A stretch of 64,000 nt of DNA, from positions 13,937 through 77,936 of the IMG/VR virus record IMGVR_UViG_3300042898_000852; one strand, 5' to 3'. Of this stretch, positions 36,973 to 46,037 are shown piece after piece. Source of the stretch: a virus. Within the stretch, counting starts at the first letter, position 1. Each line of letters starts with the position of its first letter. The notes under the pieces are model-generated. The model made no database searches and had not been told where the DNA came from. It saw only the letters and a list, made by a program, of their open reading frames with translations. The position numbers and the translations under genes were made by a program.

Positions 36973-38073
36973 TTATTTTAACATCTTTAATAGTTGAGTG
37001 CAACTAAAAAAGTTTTCTTTCAGTATATCTACTTGTTTATTTAGGCTAGGCAAGAATTTTTCGTAATTATTCATGTATTGAATAATCTTATTACAAATAT
37101 CAGGTCTGTGTGCCTCGTATGCACTATAGCTTTCAGTCCATTCGCTAGGATATTTAAATGTATCTAATGCCATTTCGCTGTAGCTTAGTCTATCGGGAAC
37201 CATAGGAATCGCATCTACAATAGCACCTTCATACCAACTGATGCCAAGCGTTTCTTGTAGGTTAGCACTGAATATCAGTTTAGCTTCTCCTAACAAATTG
37301 TGATATTCATTTTTGGTCAACTGTTGATCTTGACAAACAACAAATTCATATTGCGGCAACTGATGTTTTAGATCACGGAAAATTTCTACCTGCTTCTCAG
37401 GAGCAATTCGATGTGGGAACAAGATAAGATCACGCTTGGGCATACCTTTGTACATTGCTAATGTATCCTGCATATACTCCATGGGCCAACCTGTGCGTAC
37501 AAACTTAGGATACTCGCCTGCAAGTATTTCTTTAAGTTCTTCTTCGTACCAAGGATTTTCTACAGAATGCCCATTGTTCAACAGTTCTCTATTAAACATT
37601 TCTATATGAAAGTCAGTGGCAAAGTAGTTGTGATCAAAGGCTGAAAAGAATGATTTCTCTGCATTACGCACCCAAGGCTTATTACCAACAAGTCTGCCTA
37701 GAAAGTCTTGAGGATCATAACTGCCAGCATGCCACAAGCCATGTGTAACAACTGGAATGCCCAGCAGTTCACTCATGTACTTGAGATTGATGATGCCAGG
37801 GTGCCAAGCATCAGTAAATAAGAAGTGATCATTGGCGCGAATGCTTCCGTCGCAAAATAACCGACCCATCTGCTCAACTTGACTAGCCTTGTAGATATTA
37901 GTGCCGCCAAAGTTGAGAAATGCCCCAGGAGTGGTAGCACTAGGAATATCCGTAGGACCTGATATAATGTTGACATTGTGTCCTGCCTTTCGTAGGAGGG
38001 TAGGTACATGAGTCTTCCATTGACCAGTGTACCTTGTCTCGACTGCTTCTAGATCAACGAGAAAAACTGTCAT
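36973..38073 (-). CDS. GT-B (GT4-like) glycosyltransferase resembling the GTDC1/QTMAN-DUF3524 family
   Basis: Start reassigned to MTVFLVD; LFPHRIAPEKQ, ETLGISWYE (Ex7E) and PMVPDRLSYSEM motifs. Confidence 0.75.
   Translation of the reverse strand: MTVFLVDLEAVETRYTGQWKTHVPTLLRKAGHNVNIISGPTDIPSATTPGAFLNFGGTNIYKASQVEQMGRLFCDGSIRANDHFLFTDAWHPGIINLKYMSELLGIPVVTHGLWHAGSYDPQDFLGRLVGNKPWVRNAEKSFFSAFDHNYFATDFHIEMFNRELLNNGHSVENPWYEEELKEILAGEYPKFVRTGWPMEYMQDTLAMYKGMPKRDLILFPHRIAPEKQVEIFRDLKHQLPQYEFVVCQDQQLTKNEYHNLLGEAKLIFSANLQETLGISWYEGAIVDAIPMVPDRLSYSEMALDTFKYPSEWTESYSAYEAHRPDICNKIIQYMNNYEKFLPSLNKQVDILKENFFSCTQLLKMLK
36975..37003 (-). promoter_or_regulatory. Sigma70-type promoter for folE
   Basis: TTGCAC-N17-TAAAAT with TGn extended -10. 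Confidence 0.55.
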
Positions 38074-38329
38074 TGCGCTGACGGAAGTTATTGTTTCCGC
38101 TACGATTGTACTCGCCGCGATTGTTAGTGTACTCACCACGTGGACGACGTGGGCGTGTGCTGTAGTAATAATTATTCCAAATCTGACTATCTCTATTGTA
38201 GAGATTAGCCTCGTTAAAATCACACAGTTCAAAGCGACAGAAGTCTTTAAACTTTTCCAGATCATCAAAGATTTTAACAATGTCTGGACGATCTTCGAAA
38301 TACGAAACGTTTTTATAATTCTTAGCCAT
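38054..38329 (-). CDS. Hypothetical protein with R/N-rich tail
   Basis: IFDDLEKFKDFCRFE; AGGA SD. Confidence 0.6.
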   Translation of the reverse strand: MAKNYKNVSYFEDRPDIVKIFDDLEKFKDFCRFELCDFNEANLYNRDSQIWNNYYYSTRPRRPRGEYTNNRGEYNRSGNNNFRQRNDSFSR

Positions 38330-38343
38330 TTTAGCTTTTCCTA

Positions 38344-38733
38344 TTAATACTTAATAAATGAACCATTTTCTCCGTCTTCGGAGACCTCAATCCAAACCTC
38401 ACGGTTGGGATACTTTTTGGAGATAGCGTCATATAAATCACCTGACATCATCTCACAACTCTTGTAGTCTAACGCTAGTATACTATCTTTATAAAGATTT
38501 AGCAACCATCGTTTGAACTGAATAAACTCAATATCGCGATCATCGTGTGTTACACCTATCCAAACTTTAAAGTGGAAGATATGGCGATGCGGATAGCCTA
38601 GAAAACTTACATCATACTCGTCACCTGTAGCAAGATTAGCGTCTGTAAGTGCGGCTGGATATTTGTGCATACCTTCTTTGTTAAAGGTAACCCAAATCAT
38701 TTTGTTTGGTCGAATGTCTTGTTTAATAATCAT
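38344..38733 (-). CDS. T-fold QueD-like protein with DpdL-type signature
   Basis: EGMHKYP...LGYPHRHIFHF (LxxxHRHxF instead of QueD CxxxHGH)...IEFI..SCE...VSEDGENG. Confidence 0.7.
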   Translation of the reverse strand: MIIKQDIRPNKMIWVTFNKEGMHKYPAALTDANLATGDEYDVSFLGYPHRHIFHFKVWIGVTHDDRDIEFIQFKRWLLNLYKDSILALDYKSCEMMSGDLYDAISKKYPNREVWIEVSEDGENGSFIKY

Positions 38734-38957
38734 ACTGATAACAATCCTTTGGCAAATGTTTGAATTTCTTCTTTAGTCATATGGAAGTTATAGGTGCTGG
38801 TAAAATCTACTTGACCGTTGTCATTGAGGCATTCTTGAATAACATCAAGAGATAAGCAACCTTTAGGACTTACTGCTTCCCATGATTCTACACGCACTCT
38901 AAATGCAGAATCTTCTTTAACTGTAAACTTTTTTACTTTTAAACTTTCGTGTTTCAT
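38730..38957 (-). CDS. Hypothetical protein
   Basis: 75-aa coupled ORF. Confidence 0.5.
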   Translation of the reverse strand: MKHESLKVKKFTVKEDSAFRVRVESWEAVSPKGCLSLDVIQECLNDNGQVDFTSTYNFHMTKEEIQTFAKGLLSV

Positions 38958-39316
38958 CTCAAACTCTCCATAGTGATAATTTTTGCTAGCTCTTCACCTA
39001 GGTCTTTATCGTCTGTGACCACGTGCAGACTGTGTCTATGATCGTCCTTTTGACGATCATACTTGGTTGTTTCAATAATAGTTCCACCACCAGCACTGTA
39101 AACATTTAATCTAAACCCTTGTGACTGAATGTTTGGCCCTTCACTGTCAACGCTGATAACATTTCCACTGTAATCGGCACTATCATCCATTATCCAGTTT
39201 CGAATTCTTTGTTTAAATGTTAGTTTCATAGGTTTATTTGTCATGTATGATCTGGTCATTGATTTCTGCAATCGATTAACGGACTTAGCAGTCGAGGCAT
39301 ACGGGTTTGTTGCCAT
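38954..39316 (-). CDS. Hypothetical protein
   Basis: 120-aa coupled ORF. Confidence 0.55.
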   Translation of the reverse strand: MATNPYASTAKSVNRLQKSMTRSYMTNKPMKLTFKQRIRNWIMDDSADYSGNVISVDSEGPNIQSQGFRLNVYSAGGGTIIETTKYDRQKDDHRHSLHVVTDDKDLGEELAKIITMESLR

Positions 39317-39849
39317 TATTTGATAATCTCATCTTTGCCATATTGATCCCAACTAGTAAACTTATTTCTATCTAGTAGGTCATGGAGGTTATGGCACCAC
39401 ACTCCGGGATTAGTTGCTTTAAAATCTTTGTCGTCTATCTTTATTGTAGCATTATATCCCAGCTGTTGTAAATAGGGCAGTTTAACCGAAATCTGTGGAA
39501 TGAACTGACGCTTCTCAACCAGACCGCTTTCAAGAAGTCCTTCTACTTGTGCTAGATCTAGATCTAGTGTACACCAAAATTCATCATCGGCATCTAGACA
39601 AACATAGATCATATTTTCCCAAAGACGCCATTGATCTGCATCGTTGAATTTTAGATTAGGAAAACTTTGATTAGCACCAAAGTAGATGTGAGTACATCTA
39701 TGGTTGCGAGCAAGTTCCATGATCATATACTCGTCGTGTACACCTGTTACAAACAAAGTTTTCATTCCGTAAGCAGGAGTCTTTTCGATCTCGATTCCTG
39801 TAAAGAATGTGATGCTGTCTGCAACACCTGATTCGTAATTTCTTTTCAT
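39316..39849 (-). CDS. Hypothetical protein in the deazaguanine locus
   Basis: FFTGIEIEKTPAYGMKTLFV, HIYFGANQSF, KIDDKDFKATNPGVWCH enzyme-like motifs. Confidence 0.6.
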   Translation of the reverse strand: MKRNYESGVADSITFFTGIEIEKTPAYGMKTLFVTGVHDEYMIMELARNHRCTHIYFGANQSFPNLKFNDADQWRLWENMIYVCLDADDEFWCTLDLDLAQVEGLLESGLVEKRQFIPQISVKLPYLQQLGYNATIKIDDKDFKATNPGVWCHNLHDLLDRNKFTSWDQYGKDEIIK

Positions 39850-40262
39850 TCTGCAAACCTTTCTTTCATACGTTGTTGACGTTCTGCTTCGTGATGATCA
39901 CAGAGAGTCTTAATCCACCCACCTTGTCTACTTTTACCAGGAGCACCACATTCTTCACAACTGGCATCGGCCCACGTTTCCGCCATACGAACCATTCCAT
40001 TGATATTTTCGTCACCACCATCGTAGTAGAAACGTAGTCCGCCAAACTTCTCTTTAATCTGTGCTACTGTTACCTGCGGCACTACTTCAGACTGTTTGTT
40101 CTTCCAATCAATATGATGCTGAATATTACTGCACAACTTTTCTAGAATTGGCCACCAACCTTCACCACATGCAAATCCACCATACTTACCACTAAACATC
40201 TTTGGAAATCGTTCTTCCATGTGTTTGGCAAAAGCGTCATATTTTTCAAATTCGTCACTCAT
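39846..40262 (-). CDS. Conserved phage protein with C-terminal zinc-ribbon-like motif
   Basis: QIKEKFGGLRFY...CEECG...TLCDHH. Confidence 0.6.
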   Translation of the reverse strand: MSDEFEKYDAFAKHMEERFPKMFSGKYGGFACGEGWWPILEKLCSNIQHHIDWKNKQSEVVPQVTVAQIKEKFGGLRFYYDGGDENINGMVRMAETWADASCEECGAPGKSRQGGWIKTLCDHHEAERQQRMKERFAE

Positions 40263-40450
40263 TACCAAGTACTCACGTCAGTGTTATCAACTTTAATATC
40301 CTTGCCCAGCAATTCAAAATGAACTGTTGTGGTAGGCCCAATACCACTAGAGTGTTCCTCAACAATTTCAAATTGAGGAACCTCCGGAAAACGATTGGCA
40401 ATATCTGTCAATGTTTTAATTTGAGTCTGTGTTAATATATATTTTTTCAT
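40262..40450 (-). CDS. Hypothetical protein
   Basis: SSGIGP...DVSTW small phage protein. Confidence 0.5.
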   Translation of the reverse strand: MKKYILTQTQIKTLTDIANRFPEVPQFEIVEEHSSGIGPTTTVHFELLGKDIKVDNTDVSTW

Positions 40451-40656
40451 CGCTCGTCATCAAAGTCAACAGTTTCGTGATCGTGTTCCCATTGCTTACG
40501 TCTTAGTATAGCAAGTTCGTCTCTTAAAAGCAACCTCTGTTTCTTCAATTCTTGCATTTTCATATCTTCAAACAGTCCATTCTTTTCTAGTGTATCGATT
40601 TTTTGGTCCAACACTCTATGAGATTCCTCTAAATGTTTAATTCTGTTTTCGTACAT
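40447..40656 (-). CDS. DUF465/YdcH-like coiled-coil protein
   Basis: HLEESHRVLDQKI...LKKQRLLLRDEL; AAGGAG SD. Confidence 0.55.
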   Translation of the reverse strand: MYENRIKHLEESHRVLDQKIDTLEKNGLFEDMKMQELKKQRLLLRDELAILRRKQWEHDHETVDFDDER

Positions 40657-40665
40657 AGTTACTCC

Positions 40666-42201
40666 TTATTCAGCTACAAGTTTATCCAATTCACCATCTT
40701 CACGATCGTCGTTCCATGAGTCTTTATCTTCGCTGCCTTCTTCGTAGAACAGGTCATTAGAGATATTTGTAACACCACCACGTAGGCGTGAGCCTTCCAA
40801 ATTCTGCATAAAGCCTCTGGTCTCTGCATCAGCAATCATTTCAAATGCAGATTCTTTGTTAGGACAATTAAACAGTTCTTCAACAAAGCGATCAAAGTAC
40901 AAGATGTTGCGTGGAACCCAATCACTGTACTCATCACTCATATCACGATCTTTGTTTTTCTTCCACATTCTCCAGTCAGGTCGAATCTTAGCTTGTTCAA
41001 TATCTGCCAAGTTGTTAGCACGTTGTACAGCAACAATGTGTTGATAGACATTATGTCCCATCATTAGTGCATAACCGAAGCTATCCCACGATGTTTTGCC
41101 TTCTTTACCGATCTTGTTTAACATTCCTGGCTTGTAATGACACACATCTGAAACATTAAGTCTACGTCCAATTTCGCTTTCGAACGGAAACGGAATGTCT
41201 GGACGTGATGCAAGTGCTTTGTTATCTGGGGCCTTGTCCATAATAACACTCCAACGCTTGGCTGTATGCTGACTGTTAGTATAGACCAGTCCGTGTGCAG
41301 TTGCAATAAACGGTGATGCACAGTCAAAGCTGATGGTAAAGTTAGGATTGACGTGTTTACGGATCTGACGTTGAATACTGGTCAAGTAGCATGACCAATC
41401 TAACTGTGCAGTACCCAAGAAGTGCATCCAATCCTTGCCTTCTAACATACCGTCGAAGCGCATAGTGATCAATCGGCGAAGAGTAATATGCATCTTGCAC
41501 ATGTTAGCACCGCCCATCGCCCAACCTTCGGCGGCTTTATCGCCCCAGACAGTCTTGTCACTGAACTCTTTAACGCCTTCATACCATGCTTCAGCAGTAT
41601 CCCAGTTACTGCCCTGTAGAACGTTTAAGAACTTAGTAGCACCTAAACGATTTTCTAAGAAGTACTTGTTGTTGTGACGAGTTTTTTCTAGACAGTCTTC
41701 AAAAGACTTCAATCCAGTCTTTGGGGAGTGAATATGATCGCAGGCCCAAGTCGGAACGTCAAGCATCATTGACCAGTCAGCAGTTAATTCAAGCCAGTTA
41801 AGAATATCATCTCGAGTTTTGTTAGCTGCTTTACCTTCAAAGTCTAGCCAATCAAACTTAAGAATACCTTTACCAATCTGATAACCGCCAGAGTCACCCA
41901 AGATCATTGTCTTGCTACGATCACGTTGTTGAATCATTGAATCATGATCCATTGTTTTAGTAAGATCTAATTGTGCGTGACCTGCTGAATACAAACCATA
42001 CTTGTAATAAAAGTATCCTTGCTCCGGGTTTAAAAAGTTCATACCTTCAATGCCACGATCAAATCCTTTAGGAATACGATCTTTAGGTACGAACTCTTCC
42101 TTACGTTGTTTTGCAATGTAAGTGCTGTAGAAACTACTGATTGCAGGCAAATAGACTGCGTAGTCTTTCTGTAGGGGTGTTAAATCAACTGGTTGTTTCA
42201 T
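40666..42201 (-). CDS. dpdA: TGT-family DNA 7-deazaguanine transglycosylase
   Basis: TGT motifs GDSGGYQ, MMLDVP, LNVLQG, GWAMGG, HFLG, SFDCASP; no tRNA-TGT zinc motif; co-located with folE/queE and the DNA polymerase. Confidence 0.8.
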   Translation of the reverse strand: MKQPVDLTPLQKDYAVYLPAISSFYSTYIAKQRKEEFVPKDRIPKGFDRGIEGMNFLNPEQGYFYYKYGLYSAGHAQLDLTKTMDHDSMIQQRDRSKTMILGDSGGYQIGKGILKFDWLDFEGKAANKTRDDILNWLELTADWSMMLDVPTWACDHIHSPKTGLKSFEDCLEKTRHNNKYFLENRLGATKFLNVLQGSNWDTAEAWYEGVKEFSDKTVWGDKAAEGWAMGGANMCKMHITLRRLITMRFDGMLEGKDWMHFLGTAQLDWSCYLTSIQRQIRKHVNPNFTISFDCASPFIATAHGLVYTNSQHTAKRWSVIMDKAPDNKALASRPDIPFPFESEIGRRLNVSDVCHYKPGMLNKIGKEGKTSWDSFGYALMMGHNVYQHIVAVQRANNLADIEQAKIRPDWRMWKKNKDRDMSDEYSDWVPRNILYFDRFVEELFNCPNKESAFEMIADAETRGFMQNLEGSRLRGGVTNISNDLFYEEGSEDKDSWNDDREDGELDKLVAE

Positions 42202-42568
42202 GTTCTCTCGCTAATTTTGCTGTAATGTCTAATTGACGTTTTGCCTGTTCTACGTTTTCTAATGCTATTTTAACAGCCTTGTTTTCATTTGCCAAGCTCT
42301 TCCACATCATTTCTTCGTTACGTTTCTCACGGGCCCAATCTAATAAAGATTCTGCTTCACCATTTAGACCTACACTGGCATAATACATATTCAGTATAAC
42401 CCAATTAGATCCGTCAAACACTTCCATATTTTGATTAGAAGTGTTATAACGCATATTGCCAACACCTTGTGCTCCGTTATAGCCTCCGCTATAGCCGTTC
42501 ACATGGGTACTGGTATTACTGCCAGTGACTTGAACATAACGACTCGAAGAAGTAATGTTCTTAATCAT
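42185..42568 (-). CDS. Hypothetical protein
   Basis: GNMRYN...MEVFDGSNW then a coiled coil. Confidence 0.55.
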   Translation of the reverse strand: MIKNITSSSRYVQVTGSNTSTHVNGYSGGYNGAQGVGNMRYNTSNQNMEVFDGSNWVILNMYYASVGLNGEAESLLDWAREKRNEEMMWKSLANENKAVKIALENVEQAKRQLDITAKLAREHETTS

Positions 42569-42570
42569 AT

Positions 42571-43308
42571 TTAGGCCGCCTGTGCTGGAATGATATATTT
42601 GTAAGTAGCAAGTCCGCTGTCCAAAGTAATCTGAATAGCACCTTCATTGCTCAAGGACATCTTTGTGTTGTTGACATCTGCAATCTTGAGAATACTCAAG
42701 ATTGGTAGCACTGGCCAAGTCCAACCACGATCTAATTTACCAGTAATGCCCATGGCAAATATAAACTCTCCGCCGTGTGTTGAAGCATCGCCAAAGATAA
42801 ATTTCAATTTATCACCATCAGTCTTTGCCAAGAATGTTGGATGTTCGTTGTTAGCACCTGCTTGAAAGTTGAAACGTTGCACAGCACTAACTGTGGGTTC
42901 AACCTCCACGTCCCACTTAACACCTCGAAACTTAACTGTTTTCATTTTTTCATTAATGATCTCAGTATTCATAAAACGATAATCGTTTTTAAAATCGCCA
43001 TCTTTGTTTTCAAAGTGTAGACCAGTTGGAATTGTTTCGCCATTGCGATCTGCGGTAGTGATACTAATCTTGGCATTTTCTTTGTACTCAGCACCGTCTA
43101 ACAAATATTTTAATTTGTTTAGTTGCGGCATACCAAATACACCCATCATATCTGGATACGGTGCATTAGTTTCAGCTTCCATAATCACTGAACGGTCCTC
43201 AGCCATTGAATTGATCACGGTTTTATTTTGATCGCCGGTGACTTTAACTGTGGTTAAAAAGCCTAGGTTCTGTGTGTGCGATACGATATCTTGTAAAATG
43301 TCTTTCAT
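42571..43308 (-). CDS. Probable DNA polymerase sliding clamp (gp45/PCNA-like)
   Basis: 245 aa, directly downstream of polB; alternating beta pattern ending ITLDSGLATYKYIIPA. Confidence 0.55.
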   Translation of the reverse strand: MKDILQDIVSHTQNLGFLTTVKVTGDQNKTVINSMAEDRSVIMEAETNAPYPDMMGVFGMPQLNKLKYLLDGAEYKENAKISITTADRNGETIPTGLHFENKDGDFKNDYRFMNTEIINEKMKTVKFRGVKWDVEVEPTVSAVQRFNFQAGANNEHPTFLAKTDGDKLKFIFGDASTHGGEFIFAMGITGKLDRGWTWPVLPILSILKIADVNNTKMSLSNEGAIQITLDSGLATYKYIIPAQAA

Positions 43309-43331
43309 TGAAAGTTCTCCTGTATATTAAG

Positions 43332-43360
43332 ATTATATTTAGATCTAGAGTAAAAAGCAA
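43332..43360 (-). promoter_or_regulatory. Sigma70-type promoter for clamp/dpdA operon, overlapping a TAAATA motif
   Basis: TTGCTT-N17-TATAAT; AGGAG SD downstream. Confidence 0.55.
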
Positions 43361-43367
43361 CCGCAAT

Positions 43368-46037
43368 TTACTCAAAGTCAAACAATTTTGCAAATGTGTT
43401 ATCACTGCGAGTTGAACTGATATCCCATTCCAAGACACCAATCAAGTTTTCTAGCTTTTCATCGATGACTGCGTTTTCCATTTCAGCATCGTTGAAGGGC
43501 AAGTCTTTGAACCATTGAGGTAATCTCAGTTCATCTACCGGATAGGCCACTGATGTATACCCCATTGGATTATCTTTGACCTTGCAGACAATGACTTTAG
43601 CACCGTCTGTAATGGCTACAGAGTATTTGTCATCCATCATACGTTTCAAAGTATTCCAGTTAAGACTTGCTCGAACGTGTCCGGGCATGTTAGTCTTACC
43701 TGCTTTCTTTTCTTTGTCGCGATATTGAGAAATGTTATTGGCACGTTTTGGACTACCCTTCTCCCAACCCGGTCTAGTTTTAAATTCAGTGCGGAAGTTA
43801 GTGATATATTCTAACACTTCCTCCTTACCTGCACCGTTGAGCACTTTAGTAAGTACTTCACTAAGAAAATCTTGAATTACTACAGGAGTATCAGATCTTT
43901 TTAAATCAAGTCCCATTGCTTTGATTTTTCCAGGAGTACCCCCAGTGTCTGTTCTTTTTCCTTCTTTGTCGTAATAAAGGACTGCATATCTCTTCTTGGT
44001 GATGAATAGTCCTTTGGAAGCAACAATCTCGCGACCTGCTTTGATGACCTCTCCTCGAGACTTCGGGCAGTGAAAAGCATCTTGCATAAATTTTGGGAAA
44101 GTTCCATTGACAGTTTCTCCTATAGTATCATAAAGTTCAACAACTGATTCCTTACTCCAAGGAATTGCTCCTTTCTCAATGTCCTTCTTTAACGTAGCAT
44201 ACGCTGAGAAGTAACAAGAGTCTGTGTCACCGTAAATGATTGCTTTGCCTATATGATCATTTTCTCCGGTGATAATTTCGTTTACTTTACCTGCCATGTG
44301 ACGAGCAATGGCACGCCCTGTAAGTGTAGTCGACTGTCCAATTCGATTGTCAAAGAAACGGCAACCTGGATTCAAAATAGCACCATACAGGCTGTTCAAG
44401 TTAATTTTCTTGACCAACTGACGTTTGTCCCAATATTCTTCTTCAATTTTATTACCGGCTGCAATACAATCCTTTAACTTAGCCTGCATGTCTTTACGTT
44501 CAGCATACCACCGCTTGAGTAGTCCTGGAATGATACCTTCTTTCTCATAGGTAAAGATTGTACCGTTTGCTGAAAGCATCCAAGGCTGATTACTTTCAAA
44601 GATTAGATCATAGGCCTGTGCTGCACTTAGTGTATCTACTCCTCCATCTTCCCAATCAATAGTAATTTCTCTTCCAACATTTCGTTCTAACACAGCGGAA
44701 TATTCTAGTGAACCAAATACGCCTTCCCATGCTGATGCAAATGATTTACCTTTAGCAATTTCGGCAGCAATATAATCTTTAGTACCATCTTGACGCAGTT
44801 GTCCTACAATAGTTTCCGGACCCATGTTCAACGCTCTAATTGCAGAGGGATACAATGAATTAATGTCTAATGAGCCAATCCACTCGTGAATGCCTTTTTT
44901 GGGATAAGCAACATAAGCACCAGCGGCTTGATTACTAAATCCTTCCTCTCGACTTATTCTATTAGGAACAATCATTCCGCGTTTGTGAGCTTCGTTGATA
45001 ATGGCCTGCTCTGTAACAGCCACCGCACCCATTGTTGTTTGAAGTAGCACAGTACATTCATGAGCCAGTGTGTTAGCAAGGGCTAAGAACTTTAATTTCT
45101 TGTCCAACTTTTCCAATAGCATACAGTCTTGTCTATTGTATTCGATAAATCTACGGAAGTCATTGTTGTACAATTGATCAAGTGTGCCTTCGTAGACAGT
45201 TTTATTTTCTCCAATCTCCATCTCACCGATAGCATCTAATCGATATGTATGACGTTCTTCATATGTGTATTTTCGATATAGTTCGAGACTGTCTAAGTGT
45301 ACACGACCTATAAGATCATATGTAACCGCAGCCTTGCCATACTTTTCGTATTCACGTTTCTTGGGGAATTGATTCCATAAACAAAAACGTCTTGTATCTT
45401 CTTTACTGAGCACTTTGGTAACACGATTAACTGTATAAGGAATATCAAAGCCTTCTGAGTTCCAACCACTCAGTACATCCGCATCTTGTATTAAATCCAA
45501 GAACATGTCTAACATATCTGCTTCGTTATCAAACAAATAAGTGTTAGGAAATTCTTCGACCTGCTTCTTAGCTTCTTCCATACTCAACGTTTTGGGCGGA
45601 ATTGCCAAACAGATCATGGTCTGCATCCATTGTAGGTAGACAGCAATGGCAGTGATTGGCATAAATGCATCTTCTGGTGATGCATAGCCACGTTCTGGAT
45701 CAAAGTCTACCTCAATGTCAAAGAACGCTATGTTTAATTTTGGTGCGTCTTGATTGAGATAATGATCTTCCAGGCAACGATATATGGGATTGATATCACT
45801 TTCAAACAGTTTTTTGTTTGAATGAATTGCAAGTTCTTTGCGATGTTCTTTGACATTTTTGGAACTCACTCTTGAAAGAGGTTGTCCAAAAATACTTGTG
45901 AATTTACCCTTGGCGTCTGGGTAATAAAATATATGACGGGCAGGGTATTCTTTGTAATGCCGTTCGCCTTTATCATTGCGCTCAACAACATTGATGATAT
46001 CCTGCTCTCGATTATAGAAAGCGTCTACGTAACTCAA
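43368..46037 (-). CDS. Family B DNA polymerase (T4 gp43-like)
   Basis: Exo FDIEVD, GWNSEGFD, YNRQD; pol SLDINSLYPS, KINLNSLYG, YGDTDS, KKRYA; TTG start with AGGAG SD. Confidence 0.95.
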   Translation of the reverse strand: MSYVDAFYNREQDIINVVERNDKGERHYKEYPARHIFYYPDAKGKFTSIFGQPLSRVSSKNVKEHRKELAIHSNKKLFESDINPIYRCLEDHYLNQDAPKLNIAFFDIEVDFDPERGYASPEDAFMPITAIAVYLQWMQTMICLAIPPKTLSMEEAKKQVEEFPNTYLFDNEADMLDMFLDLIQDADVLSGWNSEGFDIPYTVNRVTKVLSKEDTRRFCLWNQFPKKREYEKYGKAAVTYDLIGRVHLDSLELYRKYTYEERHTYRLDAIGEMEIGENKTVYEGTLDQLYNNDFRRFIEYNRQDCMLLEKLDKKLKFLALANTLAHECTVLLQTTMGAVAVTEQAIINEAHKRGMIVPNRISREEGFSNQAAGAYVAYPKKGIHEWIGSLDINSLYPSAIRALNMGPETIVGQLRQDGTKDYIAAEIAKGKSFASAWEGVFGSLEYSAVLERNVGREITIDWEDGGVDTLSAAQAYDLIFESNQPWMLSANGTIFTYEKEGIIPGLLKRWYAERKDMQAKLKDCIAAGNKIEEEYWDKRQLVKKINLNSLYGAILNPGCRFFDNRIGQSTTLTGRAIARHMAGKVNEIITGENDHIGKAIIYGDTDSCYFSAYATLKKDIEKGAIPWSKESVVELYDTIGETVNGTFPKFMQDAFHCPKSRGEVIKAGREIVASKGLFITKKRYAVLYYDKEGKRTDTGGTPGKIKAMGLDLKRSDTPVVIQDFLSEVLTKVLNGAGKEEVLEYITNFRTEFKTRPGWEKGSPKRANNISQYRDKEKKAGKTNMPGHVRASLNWNTLKRMMDDKYSVAITDGAKVIVCKVKDNPMGYTSVAYPVDELRLPQWFKDLPFNDAEMENAVIDEKLENLIGVLEWDISSTRSDNTFAKLFDFE

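Noticed and set aside
38074-38280. 69-aa N-terminal extension of the glycosyltransferase in the ORF track
   Set aside because: Overlaps the SD-bearing 38054-38329 gene; the protein-like sequence starts at MTVFLVD (38073)
40666-42201. Host-type tRNA-guanine transglycosylase (tgt)
   Set aside because: Lacks the C-terminal CxCxxC..H zinc site, is longer and divergent, and lies with DNA replication genes, so DpdA fits better; tRNA activity is not formally excluded
43368-46037. Intein or intron in the DNA polymerase
   Set aside because: Length and motif spacing are normal; no splicing motifs or frame break
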